Shown here piece after piece: positions 1 through 8,696 of a stretch of 64,000 nt of DNA; within the stretch, counting starts at the first letter, position 1, and every line of letters begins with the position of its first letter. A program made the translations under genes and the position numbers. The notes beneath the pieces are model-generated. The model was not told the DNA's origin. It saw only the letters and a list, made by a program, of their open reading frames with translations, and ran no database searches. The stretch is from Candidatus Aminicenantes bacterium. GTDB taxonomy: Bacteria; Acidobacteriota; Aminicenantia; Aminicenantales; JAFGBC01. The stretch is taken from the NCBI GenBank assembly GCA_963702005.1, contig OY969696.1, forward strand, positions 1,280,001 to 1,344,000. Reading direction: 5' to 3'.

Positions 1-366
1 TTCCTCATCTACGCCGACCTGGACAAGATGAAATGGATCAACGACACGCTGGGCCACGCCGAGGGAGATAAGGCCCTCAAGGAGATCGCCGCCATCCTCC
101 GCAAGGCCTACCGGGAGACGGACATCATCGCCCGGATCGGCGGGGATGAGTTCGTCGTCATGGGGATTCTGGCCAGCGGGATCCCGGTCGAGGTCCTGGC
201 CGACCGGCTGAAGGGGCAGGTTGAAATCCACAACGAAAAAAGGCCCGACCCCTACCGGCTGTCCCTGAGCGTCGGGGCCGCTTCTTATCCGATCGGGGCC
301 TTCATGAACGTCGACGACCTGCTCCAGAAGGCCGACGAAATGATGTACGAGCAGAAGCGAAAGTAG
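1..366 (+). CDS. Diguanylate cyclase, GGDEF domain (5'-truncated by window edge)
   Basis: Frame open from base 1 (FLIYADLDKMKWINDTLGHAEGD...ARIGGDEF...KADEMMYEQK); intact GGDEF and RxxD I-site (RETD). Confidence 0.93.
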   Translation, partial: FLIYADLDKMKWINDTLGHAEGDKALKEIAAILRKAYRETDIIARIGGDEFVVMGILASGIPVEVLADRLKGQVEIHNEKRPDPYRLSLSVGAASYPIGAFMNVDDLLQKADEMMYEQKRK

Positions 367-382
367 ATCTGACGGGCGCGCC

Positions 383-3300
383 TCAGCGCCGCGCCCGTCC
401 CGTCCGCGAGCCGGCCGCGAGCGGAAACGCGATCACGACCTCGGTCCCGGCTTTGCTTCCCAGCGTTATCGTCCCCCCCAGCTGGGCGACCAGGCCGATG
501 ACGATCTGCATGCCGAGCGACTTCGTCCTCCTGTAATTCAACCCCGGAGGAAAGCCGACGCCGTCATCCCGGACGGTCAGATGGACCATTCCGTCGGTGC
601 CGGCCTCTAAGGCGACGAGGATCTGGCCGGTCCGGGCGCCGGGGAAGGCGTGCTTGAGGGCGTTCGAGACGAGCTCGTTGATGATGAGGCCGCAGGGGAT
701 GGCCTGGTTGATGTTGAGGGGCGTCCGTCCCAGCCGGAGCTTCAGACGAATCCGCTTCGGGTCCGCCTTGTAGAGACTGAACAGCTGGCCGGTCAGCTTT
801 TGGATATAGATGGCGAAATCGACCCGGGCCAGATCCTTGGACTGGTAGAGGCTTTCGTGGACGAGGGCCATCGACCGGATCCGGCCCTGGCTGGCCAGGA
901 AGGGCTCCCGGGCGGGCCCGTCGGTCGTGGAGTGCGACTGAAGGCGCAGCAGACTCGAGATGACCTGGAGGTTGTTCTTGACCCGGTGGTGGATCTCCTT
1001 GAGGAGGAACTCCTTCTCGCGCAGGGCGGCCTTGAGCTTGTCATCGGCCCGCTTCTGCTCGGTGATGTCCTCGATGATGCCGCTGATGTACTCGATGCCG
1101 CCCTGGCGGGCGGTGATGACCGTACCCGTGTCGCGGACCTGGAGGAGCCGGCCCTGCCGGGTCCTGAAACGGAGCTCGCTCGAGACGGTTCCGCCCTTGG
1201 CCTTCCAGAGCGCGATCAGTCGGCCTCGGTCCTCCGGATCCGCGAAGGCCGCGACGGCCGAGGTCTTCATCAAGTCCTCGACGCTCTTGTAGCCCAGGAT
1301 GGCGGCCAGGGCGGGGTTCGCGTACAGGATTCGGCCGTCGAGAGTGGTCCGGTAGACGCCGACCGGGATCTGGGAGGCCAGGGACCGGTACTTGTCTTCG
1401 CTCTCACGGAGCGCTTGCTCGGTCCGGCGGCGTTCGGCGACCTCCCGTTCGAGTTGATCGTTCGTAGCCCGTAGGGCCCGGGTCCGCTGATCGACGCGGA
1501 CCTCGAGCGTCCGGGCCTGCTCCCGAATGGCGAAGGTTCGGATCCGGTAGATGATAAGAAGCAAGACGAGGGCCGTCAGCAGGACGAGGAGCCTGAACTC
1601 CCGCCGGCCCCAGAAGGGGGGAATGATCCGGATGCGGAGAAAGACGCCCTTCTCGTTCCAGACTCCATCGTTATTGGAGGCTTTGACCCGGAAGACGTAG
1701 GATCCCGAAGGCAGGGCCGTGTAGGTCGCATAGCGGCGGTTCCCGACCAGGTTCCATTCAAGGTCGAATCCCTCCATCTTGTAAGCGTAGCGGTTCTTTT
1801 CGGGGGCCGCGTAGTGAAGGGCCGCGAACTCGAAGCTGATGACCCTCTCCCGCTGGGAGAGACGGATCTCGCTCGTCTCGGTAATGGCCGCCGTCAGAAG
1901 AGGCGGGCGACTGCCCCGAGGGCCGATCGGAACGGAACGGTTCGAGATGAGCAGATCGGTCAGGACGACCTCGGGCGGATAAGGATTGTCCCGAATTCGG
2001 TCCGGGTCGAAGACGTTGAAGCCGTTGATGCCGCCGAAGTACATGAGGCCGTCCCGGCTCAGGAGCAGGGCGCCGCTGTTGAACTCGTTGCTCTGGAGAC
2101 CGTCGCGGAGGTCGAAGTTACGGAAGGTTCGCGTCCGGGGGTCGAACCGGGACAGCCCCCGGTTCGTGCTCATCCAGAGCAGACCCCGGTCGTCCTCGAT
2201 GATCCCGTAGACGGTGTCGTTGGGGAGGCCGTCTTTTTCCCGGAAATGCTCGAACGTCCCGGCCGCGGGGCCGAAGCGGTTGAGCCCGCCCGCCGTGCAG
2301 ACCCAGAGGACGCCGGCCCGGTCTTGGAACAGGGAAAGGACTTCATTGTGGCTGAGGCTCGAGGGATTTCCGGGATCATTGAGATAACGGACCCAGGCGC
2401 CCGACGTCCGGTCGAGACGGTTCAAGCCGTTCTGAGTTCCGGCCCAGAGCGTCCCGGCCGCGTCCAGGAGGAGGGCGAAGATGGCGTTGCCGCTGAGGCT
2501 GGCCGGATCGTCGGGGTTGTTCCGATGGAGGGCGAGGCTTCGGCGGTCGGGGGCAAGCTCGAATAAGCCGTCCCGTGTCCCGACCCAAAGGCGCTTTTGG
2601 GGATCTTCCAGAAGGGCGTAGATGGGGCTGCGGCCCGATTGGCGGGACGCGCCCGTCCCGAGCTCGAACAGCCGGAACCGGCCGAAGACCGGATCGAACC
2701 GGTTGAGGCCGCCGTAAGTTCCCACCCAGCTCGTTCCCGACCGATCCCTGAGGTAGGCCATGACCAGGTCATTGCTGATGGAGCCCGGGTCGGCCGGATC
2801 ATGCCGGTAGGCGATGAAGGTCCCCCGCGCCCGGTTGAACCTGCTCAGGCCGCCGGCGTAGGTCCCGATCCAGACGGCCCCGCTGTCGTCCTCCTGGATC
2901 ATCATGACCTGATTATTGTCGAGGCTGGTTGGGTCTCCGGGGATATTCCGGTAGTGGAGGAACGGTTTCCGCTCTTTGTCCAGTTTATTAAGGCCGAGGC
3001 GGGTTCCGACCCAAAGGAGCTTCGAACGGTCTTCGTAGATGGAGCTGACGTCGTTATCGCTGAGGCTGTTCGGGTCCAAGAACGCTCTTTGATGCCGGAG
3101 GAAGCGCCCGCCGGCCGGGACGAATTCGTCGAGCCCGCCCGAGGTCCCGATCCACAGCGTCCCTGAGCTGTCCTCGAACAGGGCGTTGACCTTGTCGGCG
3201 CTCAAGCTCGAGGGGTCCCAGGGGTTGGGACGGTAAACGGTGAAACGCCGCCGGTTTCGGTCGAGGGCGCACAGGCCGCTGTCCGTCCCGACCCAAAGGA

Positions 3301-4042
3301 CTCCGTTGCGGTCCTCCAAGATCGTCGCCACGGAATCGGCGATCAGGCTGGCCGGGTCCGAAGGATCGTGCCGGCGATGGACGAAGACTTCCATATCCCG
3401 GTCGAACATGTCGAGGCCCCCGCCGCCCGTCGCTATCCAGAGGGTCCCGGACCGGTCCTCGAGGATGTCCCGCACGGAATTGTGGATGAGGCTGGTTGGA
3501 TCGGCCGGACTATGCCGGTAACGGGTCAGCCGCCGGCGCGACGGGTCGAGCTTATCGAGGCCGCCGTCGTTCGTCCCGATCCATAGGTTTCCGTCGCCGT
3601 CCTCGATGACGGCCGTGATGAAATCGCTGCTGAGGCTGTTCGGATCGGTCGGGTTATGACGGAAGTGGATGAAGCGTTCCCGGTTCGGATCGTAGCGGTC
3701 GAGGCCTCCGCCGTTCGTGGCCACCCAGACCGTTCCGGAGCGGTCTCGACACAGGGCCGTGATGTGGTTGTAGCTGAGGCTGTCGGGATCATCCGGATCG
3801 TGCTTGAAGATCCTGAACCCGGCTCCGTCATAGCGGTTGAGGCCGTCCTCGGTCCCGAACCACATGAAGCCCCGGGAGTCCTGAACAATGGCGTTGACGG
3901 CGCTTTGGGACAGCCCGCCCTCGATGCCGAGCCGCTCGAATTTTGCCGTCTGGGCTCGTCCGGCTGCCGCCCCCGATAGGCAGGCCGCCAGGCAGAGCAG
4001 GAACGGAAGGGTAGGGCGAAATGGGCCGCGTCGCGTTTCCAT
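383..4042 (-). CDS. Sensor histidine kinase: periplasmic Reg_prop beta-propeller + Y_Y_Y, TM, PAS, HisKA_2, HATPase
   Basis: Signal peptide; repeated QDSRGFMWFGT/LWIGTxGGL motifs; YTALPSGSYVFRVKASN; KEIHHRVKNNLQ; GLIINELVSNALKHAF; DDGVG. ATG at 4042 chosen over GTG 4060. Confidence 0.92.
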   Translation of the reverse strand: METRRGPFRPTLPFLLCLAACLSGAAAGRAQTAKFERLGIEGGLSQSAVNAIVQDSRGFMWFGTEDGLNRYDGAGFRIFKHDPDDPDSLSYNHITALCRDRSGTVWVATNGGGLDRYDPNRERFIHFRHNPTDPNSLSSDFITAVIEDGDGNLWIGTNDGGLDKLDPSRRRLTRYRHSPADPTSLIHNSVRDILEDRSGTLWIATGGGGLDMFDRDMEVFVHRRHDPSDPASLIADSVATILEDRNGVLWVGTDSGLCALDRNRRRFTVYRPNPWDPSSLSADKVNALFEDSSGTLWIGTSGGLDEFVPAGGRFLRHQRAFLDPNSLSDNDVSSIYEDRSKLLWVGTRLGLNKLDKERKPFLHYRNIPGDPTSLDNNQVMMIQEDDSGAVWIGTYAGGLSRFNRARGTFIAYRHDPADPGSISNDLVMAYLRDRSGTSWVGTYGGLNRFDPVFGRFRLFELGTGASRQSGRSPIYALLEDPQKRLWVGTRDGLFELAPDRRSLALHRNNPDDPASLSGNAIFALLLDAAGTLWAGTQNGLNRLDRTSGAWVRYLNDPGNPSSLSHNEVLSLFQDRAGVLWVCTAGGLNRFGPAAGTFEHFREKDGLPNDTVYGIIEDDRGLLWMSTNRGLSRFDPRTRTFRNFDLRDGLQSNEFNSGALLLSRDGLMYFGGINGFNVFDPDRIRDNPYPPEVVLTDLLISNRSVPIGPRGSRPPLLTAAITETSEIRLSQRERVISFEFAALHYAAPEKNRYAYKMEGFDLEWNLVGNRRYATYTALPSGSYVFRVKASNNDGVWNEKGVFLRIRIIPPFWGRREFRLLVLLTALVLLLIIYRIRTFAIREQARTLEVRVDQRTRALRATNDQLEREVAERRRTEQALRESEDKYRSLASQIPVGVYRTTLDGRILYANPALAAILGYKSVEDLMKTSAVAAFADPEDRGRLIALWKAKGGTVSSELRFRTRQGRLLQVRDTGTVITARQGGIEYISGIIEDITEQKRADDKLKAALREKEFLLKEIHHRVKNNLQVISSLLRLQSHSTTDGPAREPFLASQGRIRSMALVHESLYQSKDLARVDFAIYIQKLTGQLFSLYKADPKRIRLKLRLGRTPLNINQAIPCGLIINELVSNALKHAFPGARTGQILVALEAGTDGMVHLTVRDDGVGFPPGLNYRRTKSLGMQIVIGLVAQLGGTITLGSKAGTEVVIAFPLAAGSRTGRARR

Positions 4043-4215
4043 GCGAACCAATACAGACACTTCACTCGTCCATAGGAGGAGCGGCCCGACCTTATCACAG
4101 GCTCGGGGTCGCCTCCATAGCCTTTAAGGGTGAAAAGAGGGGTGAATTCTGGGCTCAAATCTCACCCCGATCCCGGATGGACGAGGTGGTCGCGGACCAG
4201 CGGCGTTCAGGGCCG

Positions 4216-5715
4216 CTATTTCTTGGGGAAAAACTTGTCCAGGACCTCCTGGGACGGCTTTTTGGTGAAGGCCGAGACGACGACTAAGCTGAGGATGACG
4301 ACGGCCAGCGCCGGATAGAGGATGGGGATGCCGAACGGATCGCCGTTCGGGTCGCCGACCGGCCTGATGATGGACGGCCAGATGGAGCCGGCCAGCTTGA
4401 GGAAGAGGGTCACCATGGTCCCCAGCACGATCGAGACGACCCCGGCCATCTTGGTCACCCTCTTCGAGACGAGGGCCGCCAGCAGCGCCGGCGTGATGGC
4501 GACGCCGTAGATCGTATAGGCGAAGTATGCGTTCTCCAGGACGGAGCGCATCCGCCAGGCCAGGAAGAAGGCCACGATCCCGACGATGACGATGAGCCCC
4601 TTCTGGATCCAGATTAAGCTCTTTTCCGAGGCGGCCTTGTCGTCCCCGGCGCTCTTCTTGCGCAGGAAGCGCTGGTAGATGTCGTGCATAAGGGTTGTTG
4701 TCGGGGAGAGAAGGTAGTTCATCCCGGTCGAGATGACGACGGCCGTGGCCGCGCCCAGGAGCATGACGCCGACCGGGAGCCAGATCATCCGCTTGGCGGC
4801 CTGGACGATGACGGCGGCGTGGTCCATGGTCCCGGCCTGGAGTTCGTTCCAGAAATAGGACGAGGCGAAGACGGCCATGACGACGGCGATGCCCTCGACG
4901 ATGATCGTCCCAACGACCCACAGGCCGGCCGCCTTGCGGGCTTCGGCCGGGTTACGGGCGCTGTAGAATTTCTGGTACAGGCTCTGGACGCCGAGGAGGA
5001 GGAGCATGGTCGAGATCCCGATGGCCGGTATCTTGAGCGCCGGGTTGGCGCCGAACGCGGGACTGACGACCGCAAAATGGGAAGGCGGCAGGACCGCTTT
5101 GATTCCGCTCCAGCCCTTGGCGGCCAGGATGACCAGCGGGGTGGCCAGGATGGTCGAGGTCAGGATGATGATCCCGTTGGGAAGGTCCGTATTGGCGATG
5201 GCGATCATCCCGCCGATGAACACAAACAGGATGACGAAGGCGGCCGACATGAACAAGCCCTGATCCTTGGAAATGGCCCCGTCCGAGATTGCGTTCAGGA
5301 TGTAGCCGCCGGCCTTGAACTGGTAGCTGACGATGACGGTGAAGCTGACGATGATGGCCAAGGCGCCGAAGACGCGGGCGACCGGCCCATAGCGGACTTC
5401 GAGGATGTCTCCGACCGTGTACTGGCCGAAGGTCCGGATCTTGGCGGCCAGGAAGTAGATGATGATGATCCCGACCCAGGCGCCGGCCGGCTGCCACATG
5501 GCGCTCCAGCCGGCCTTGGCCGCGAACTCGGCGCCGGCGATGAAGGTTCCCGACCCGATCCAGGTGCAGATGAGGGTGAAGACGAGCTTGTAGACGTTGA
5601 TCCGACGTCCGGCCAGCATCATGTCGTCCTGGCTGCGGACGCGCCGCGACTTCCAGAAATTCATGATGGTCAAGGCGGCGATATAGCAGAGGATGATCAC
5701 GAAGTAGATGTTCAT
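4216..5715 (-). CDS. Sodium:solute symporter (SSS) family transporter
   Basis: Many TM segments; DMMLAGRR, TWIGSGTFIAGAE, YTVGDILEVRYG motifs typical of SSS. Confidence 0.9.
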   Translation of the reverse strand: MNIYFVIILCYIAALTIMNFWKSRRVRSQDDMMLAGRRINVYKLVFTLICTWIGSGTFIAGAEFAAKAGWSAMWQPAGAWVGIIIIYFLAAKIRTFGQYTVGDILEVRYGPVARVFGALAIIVSFTVIVSYQFKAGGYILNAISDGAISKDQGLFMSAAFVILFVFIGGMIAIANTDLPNGIIILTSTILATPLVILAAKGWSGIKAVLPPSHFAVVSPAFGANPALKIPAIGISTMLLLLGVQSLYQKFYSARNPAEARKAAGLWVVGTIIVEGIAVVMAVFASSYFWNELQAGTMDHAAVIVQAAKRMIWLPVGVMLLGAATAVVISTGMNYLLSPTTTLMHDIYQRFLRKKSAGDDKAASEKSLIWIQKGLIVIVGIVAFFLAWRMRSVLENAYFAYTIYGVAITPALLAALVSKRVTKMAGVVSIVLGTMVTLFLKLAGSIWPSIIRPVGDPNGDPFGIPILYPALAVVILSLVVVSAFTKKPSQEVLDKFFPKK

Positions 5716-5807
5716 GCCTCACTCCTTATCCGAAGCCTATTCCGCATCGCGGCTAATATAGCATAAACCCGGAGGCGAGCCTCAGGGCTTTTTCGTTCGG
5801 ACCGGGC

Positions 5808-6671
5808 CTATTTCTTGACCGAGACGTCCTCCTTGCGGCCCATCTCCTTGTAGAGATCCCGGCGACCGGCTTTGTCCTGGTCCAGGATTTTGCGGGCGTA
5901 GGCGGCCACCGCCTCGGCCTTGGCCCGGGGTACGACGACGACGCCGTCGCCGTCGGCGACGATGACGTCCCCGGGGATGACCAGGACGCCTCCGCAGACG
6001 ATGGGCCTGTTCACGGATTCGATTTCATTCCGGCCGGGCCGGATGCCGCGGGCGGCCTTTTTCAGGTAGAGGGGGACCTGCTCGAGAATGACCTCGTCCG
6101 TGTCCCGGGCCGCCGCGCCGGTCACGACGCCGACGCAGCCTCGCTTATGCCAATCGAGGATGTTGTAGGACCCGATCGTCCCGACGTCCTGGGCGTCCTC
6201 GATGACGAGGGCCGTCCCCCTGCGGATGATCGGGATGAACAGCTCGCCGGACAGCTTGTCGTACCAGTCGCCCGCCCATTCGTCGTAGGCCTTGACGGGA
6301 AGGGCGCCGGCCGGCGGCCGCTGGGTGGGAACGTAGCGCGCGGTGACGGCGACTCCGGCGAACCGGTGCCGGAAGCGCTCTGTGTCCCGCCACAGGGGCT
6401 GGATGTCCGGATCCATCAGACCGATATCCTGGAGCCCGACGGCGTCCATGCCGTCGACGACATCGGCCACCCGCAAGCCTTTGAAGAGATCCAGAATCTT
6501 GAGGTCGTCAGCTTCGCTGGTGACGGTCGTTGGGATGAAATTCTTACCGCCGCGGAGTTCGGCCGCGGCGGCGGCTTTCTCCTGTGGGGCGCCTCCGGAC
6601 GCGGCCGGGCCTCCCAGGACCCCGACGATCGCCAAGAAACAAGAAACGGAGATCAAGGTTTGAGTTTTCAT
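5808..6671 (-). CDS. RraA/HMG-aldolase-like protein with N-terminal signal peptide
   Basis: LRVADVVDGMD, AGVAVTARY, GVVTGAAARD, GGVLVIPGDVIVADGDGVVVVP; start MKTQ at 6671 after GGAGG, 5 nt below the GH9 stop. Confidence 0.8.
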   Translation of the reverse strand: MKTQTLISVSCFLAIVGVLGGPAASGGAPQEKAAAAAELRGGKNFIPTTVTSEADDLKILDLFKGLRVADVVDGMDAVGLQDIGLMDPDIQPLWRDTERFRHRFAGVAVTARYVPTQRPPAGALPVKAYDEWAGDWYDKLSGELFIPIIRRGTALVIEDAQDVGTIGSYNILDWHKRGCVGVVTGAAARDTDEVILEQVPLYLKKAARGIRPGRNEIESVNRPIVCGGVLVIPGDVIVADGDGVVVVPRAKAEAVAAYARKILDQDKAGRRDLYKEMGRKEDVSVKK

Positions 6672-6675
6672 TTCT

Positions 6676-8523
6676 TTATTCTCCTCCCAGGGCGACGGCA
6701 AGCAAGTACCAGGCGGCGTGGGGAAGCCACTGCTCGGTCCAGCGCCAATCGTCATCCTTGCCGGTCTCGGCGAAGTGGAGGCTATAATCGATATCCTCCT
6801 CGTCCCGGTAGCCGGCCGTGATTCCGTTCGAGATCCCGCCCGGCGCGTTCGTGTACTCGTACGAGTCGAAGAACATATAGGCGGGATTGTTGCGCCCCTG
6901 GCCGTAGAGCATGCAGCTGTCGTAAGGATTCAGGCCCAGGATCCAGTTCAGCTGGTCCGCGGCAAAACGCCGCAGACTCGCCTGGAACGCTTTGTCCGTG
7001 CCGAATTGCCGGGCGGCCAGCCTGGCCGCGGCGGCCAGCGAGCCCAGCCGGGCGTTCTCGCCCTGCCACCAGGGCGCGGTCTCCGTGTCGTGGGGGAAAA
7101 AGAAGCTCGTCCGGCGGCGGCCGTCCTTGCTCTGGACGAGCTGACGGCTGTAGCCGAACGGGTTAGGGACTTCCCCGCTGACCGCGAGCTCGAAGGCCAG
7201 CGACCTCCCGACGGCCTCCAGGACCTTCGCCCGAGTTCCGGGGTCGGCGATTTCCGCGTATTCGAGAAGGCTCAGCACCGGCAGCCCGGCATCGACGGGA
7301 TGGAAAAAGGGGCGGTCGCCGTCGCCGGCCCGCCAGTAATCCTTGTAGGGACCGCTCGCCGTCAATCGCGCCGTCAGGCTCCGGGCTCGCTTGTCGGCGG
7401 CCTCTTTGTAAGCGGGCTTTCCGGTCGTCCGGGCAAGCTCCACGGCCGCAAGGAGCGCGCAATAGTCGTCGATGATGTTCTCCTTTCCGTCGTTGGCGTA
7501 GAGGAGGTTGTTCGTCTCGAGATGGGAGAAGGCGTCCTCGGCCGCTTTGAGATAGTCGGCGGCGCCGAAGTCGCCGGCGTCGCCGCAGGCCGCGGCCATG
7601 GCCAGCGCGGCGATGCACAACCCGGCCCCTTCCCGGTAGCCGGCTTCGTAGGCCGCCCGGCCCGCGATTTTCTCACGGCCGTAGTCGCGGAACGTGTCCT
7701 TGGTCTCCGGGGTCAGGATGATGTGCCGGTCCGCCTTGGGGGTAATGAGGCGATCCTCCGGTTTTTTCCCGGGGCCGCGGCCGGAGACGGTGATGATGAA
7801 CGAGCCTTCCGGGTCCTTGATCCGGACCAGGTAATCGGCTCCGAAGAGGGCCTCGTCCAGGAGCCTCCTCAGGTATTGCCGGAAGTTGGGGTCGTTCCGG
7901 CGGCCCAACTCCCGGTGCGTCCTGAACAGGCTCCAAGCCGTGAGCGAGATCTGCTGAGGGTTGAAGTAGCCCGAGAAGGAGAGATGGGACAGGTGCTTTC
8001 CGTAATCGCCGGTCGCGTCGAACCAACCGCCGTGGACGTCGACCGTCCCCGGCCGTCCCTCGAAGCGCATCATCCGATCGGCCTTGTCGAGCAACCCCGA
8101 CGAGCGCTGGCCTTTGAAGTAGTAGATGACCTCCGAGATCGTCGCCCGTTCCAGGACGTTCTTTTGGACGAGGAACGGCTCGGAGCGGACGATCCCCTTG
8201 GGCGACGAACATTCGATGGAATAAGTCCCCTCCCGCCGGACATCGGAGAAATCCGCCGTCCAGAAGCGCCAGTCCTTCCATTTCTGGACCGGTCCGACGA
8301 AAACGAAAATCCCGGACAGCGCTTCCTCTCCGGTCGCGCCGTTGAGGATTTTGAACCCGCTGAACTCGTCGCCCGCGCGGCCCAGGATGACGGCCCGCTT
8401 CGGGCCGGCCGCGTCGTAGCCGACGTGGTTGACGAGGACTTTCGCGTCCAGGGCCAGTCCGGCCCCGGCCAGTGCCAGACTCAGGCTGAAGGCCATGCCA
8501 ATCCGGATCGCTTTAGTTTTCAT
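6676..8523 (-). CDS. Glycoside hydrolase family 9 (non-cellulase, glucosaminidase-like subgroup), secreted
   Basis: Signal peptide; VNHVGY Ig-like start; DVHGGWFDATGDYGKHLSHLS; LNWILGLNPYDSCMLYG; WRWTEQWLPH. Confidence 0.88.
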   Translation of the reverse strand: MKTKAIRIGMAFSLSLALAGAGLALDAKVLVNHVGYDAAGPKRAVILGRAGDEFSGFKILNGATGEEALSGIFVFVGPVQKWKDWRFWTADFSDVRREGTYSIECSSPKGIVRSEPFLVQKNVLERATISEVIYYFKGQRSSGLLDKADRMMRFEGRPGTVDVHGGWFDATGDYGKHLSHLSFSGYFNPQQISLTAWSLFRTHRELGRRNDPNFRQYLRRLLDEALFGADYLVRIKDPEGSFIITVSGRGPGKKPEDRLITPKADRHIILTPETKDTFRDYGREKIAGRAAYEAGYREGAGLCIAALAMAAACGDAGDFGAADYLKAAEDAFSHLETNNLLYANDGKENIIDDYCALLAAVELARTTGKPAYKEAADKRARSLTARLTASGPYKDYWRAGDGDRPFFHPVDAGLPVLSLLEYAEIADPGTRAKVLEAVGRSLAFELAVSGEVPNPFGYSRQLVQSKDGRRRTSFFFPHDTETAPWWQGENARLGSLAAAARLAARQFGTDKAFQASLRRFAADQLNWILGLNPYDSCMLYGQGRNNPAYMFFDSYEYTNAPGGISNGITAGYRDEEDIDYSLHFAETGKDDDWRWTEQWLPHAAWYLLAVALGGE

Positions 8524-8696
8524 GAGTTCTCTCCTCAGCCATGGAATGAGACAGTTTCCATTCTATGGCTCCCTGCGAACGGATTGCAAGCGGGGGGCTC
8601 GGGGCAGGATGGCTCGGACGATTATGTTGACGGGAGTCGCCGTTGGCGATTACTATGTCATCCGGTGATGTTTAGTCGCGATAAAGGAGTCATCCC

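Noticed and set aside
2200-3900. Regularly recurring sequence units that could suggest a CRISPR or tandem array
   Set aside because: Degenerate protein-level Reg_prop repeats inside the sensor kinase; no identical repeats with spacers and no cas genes
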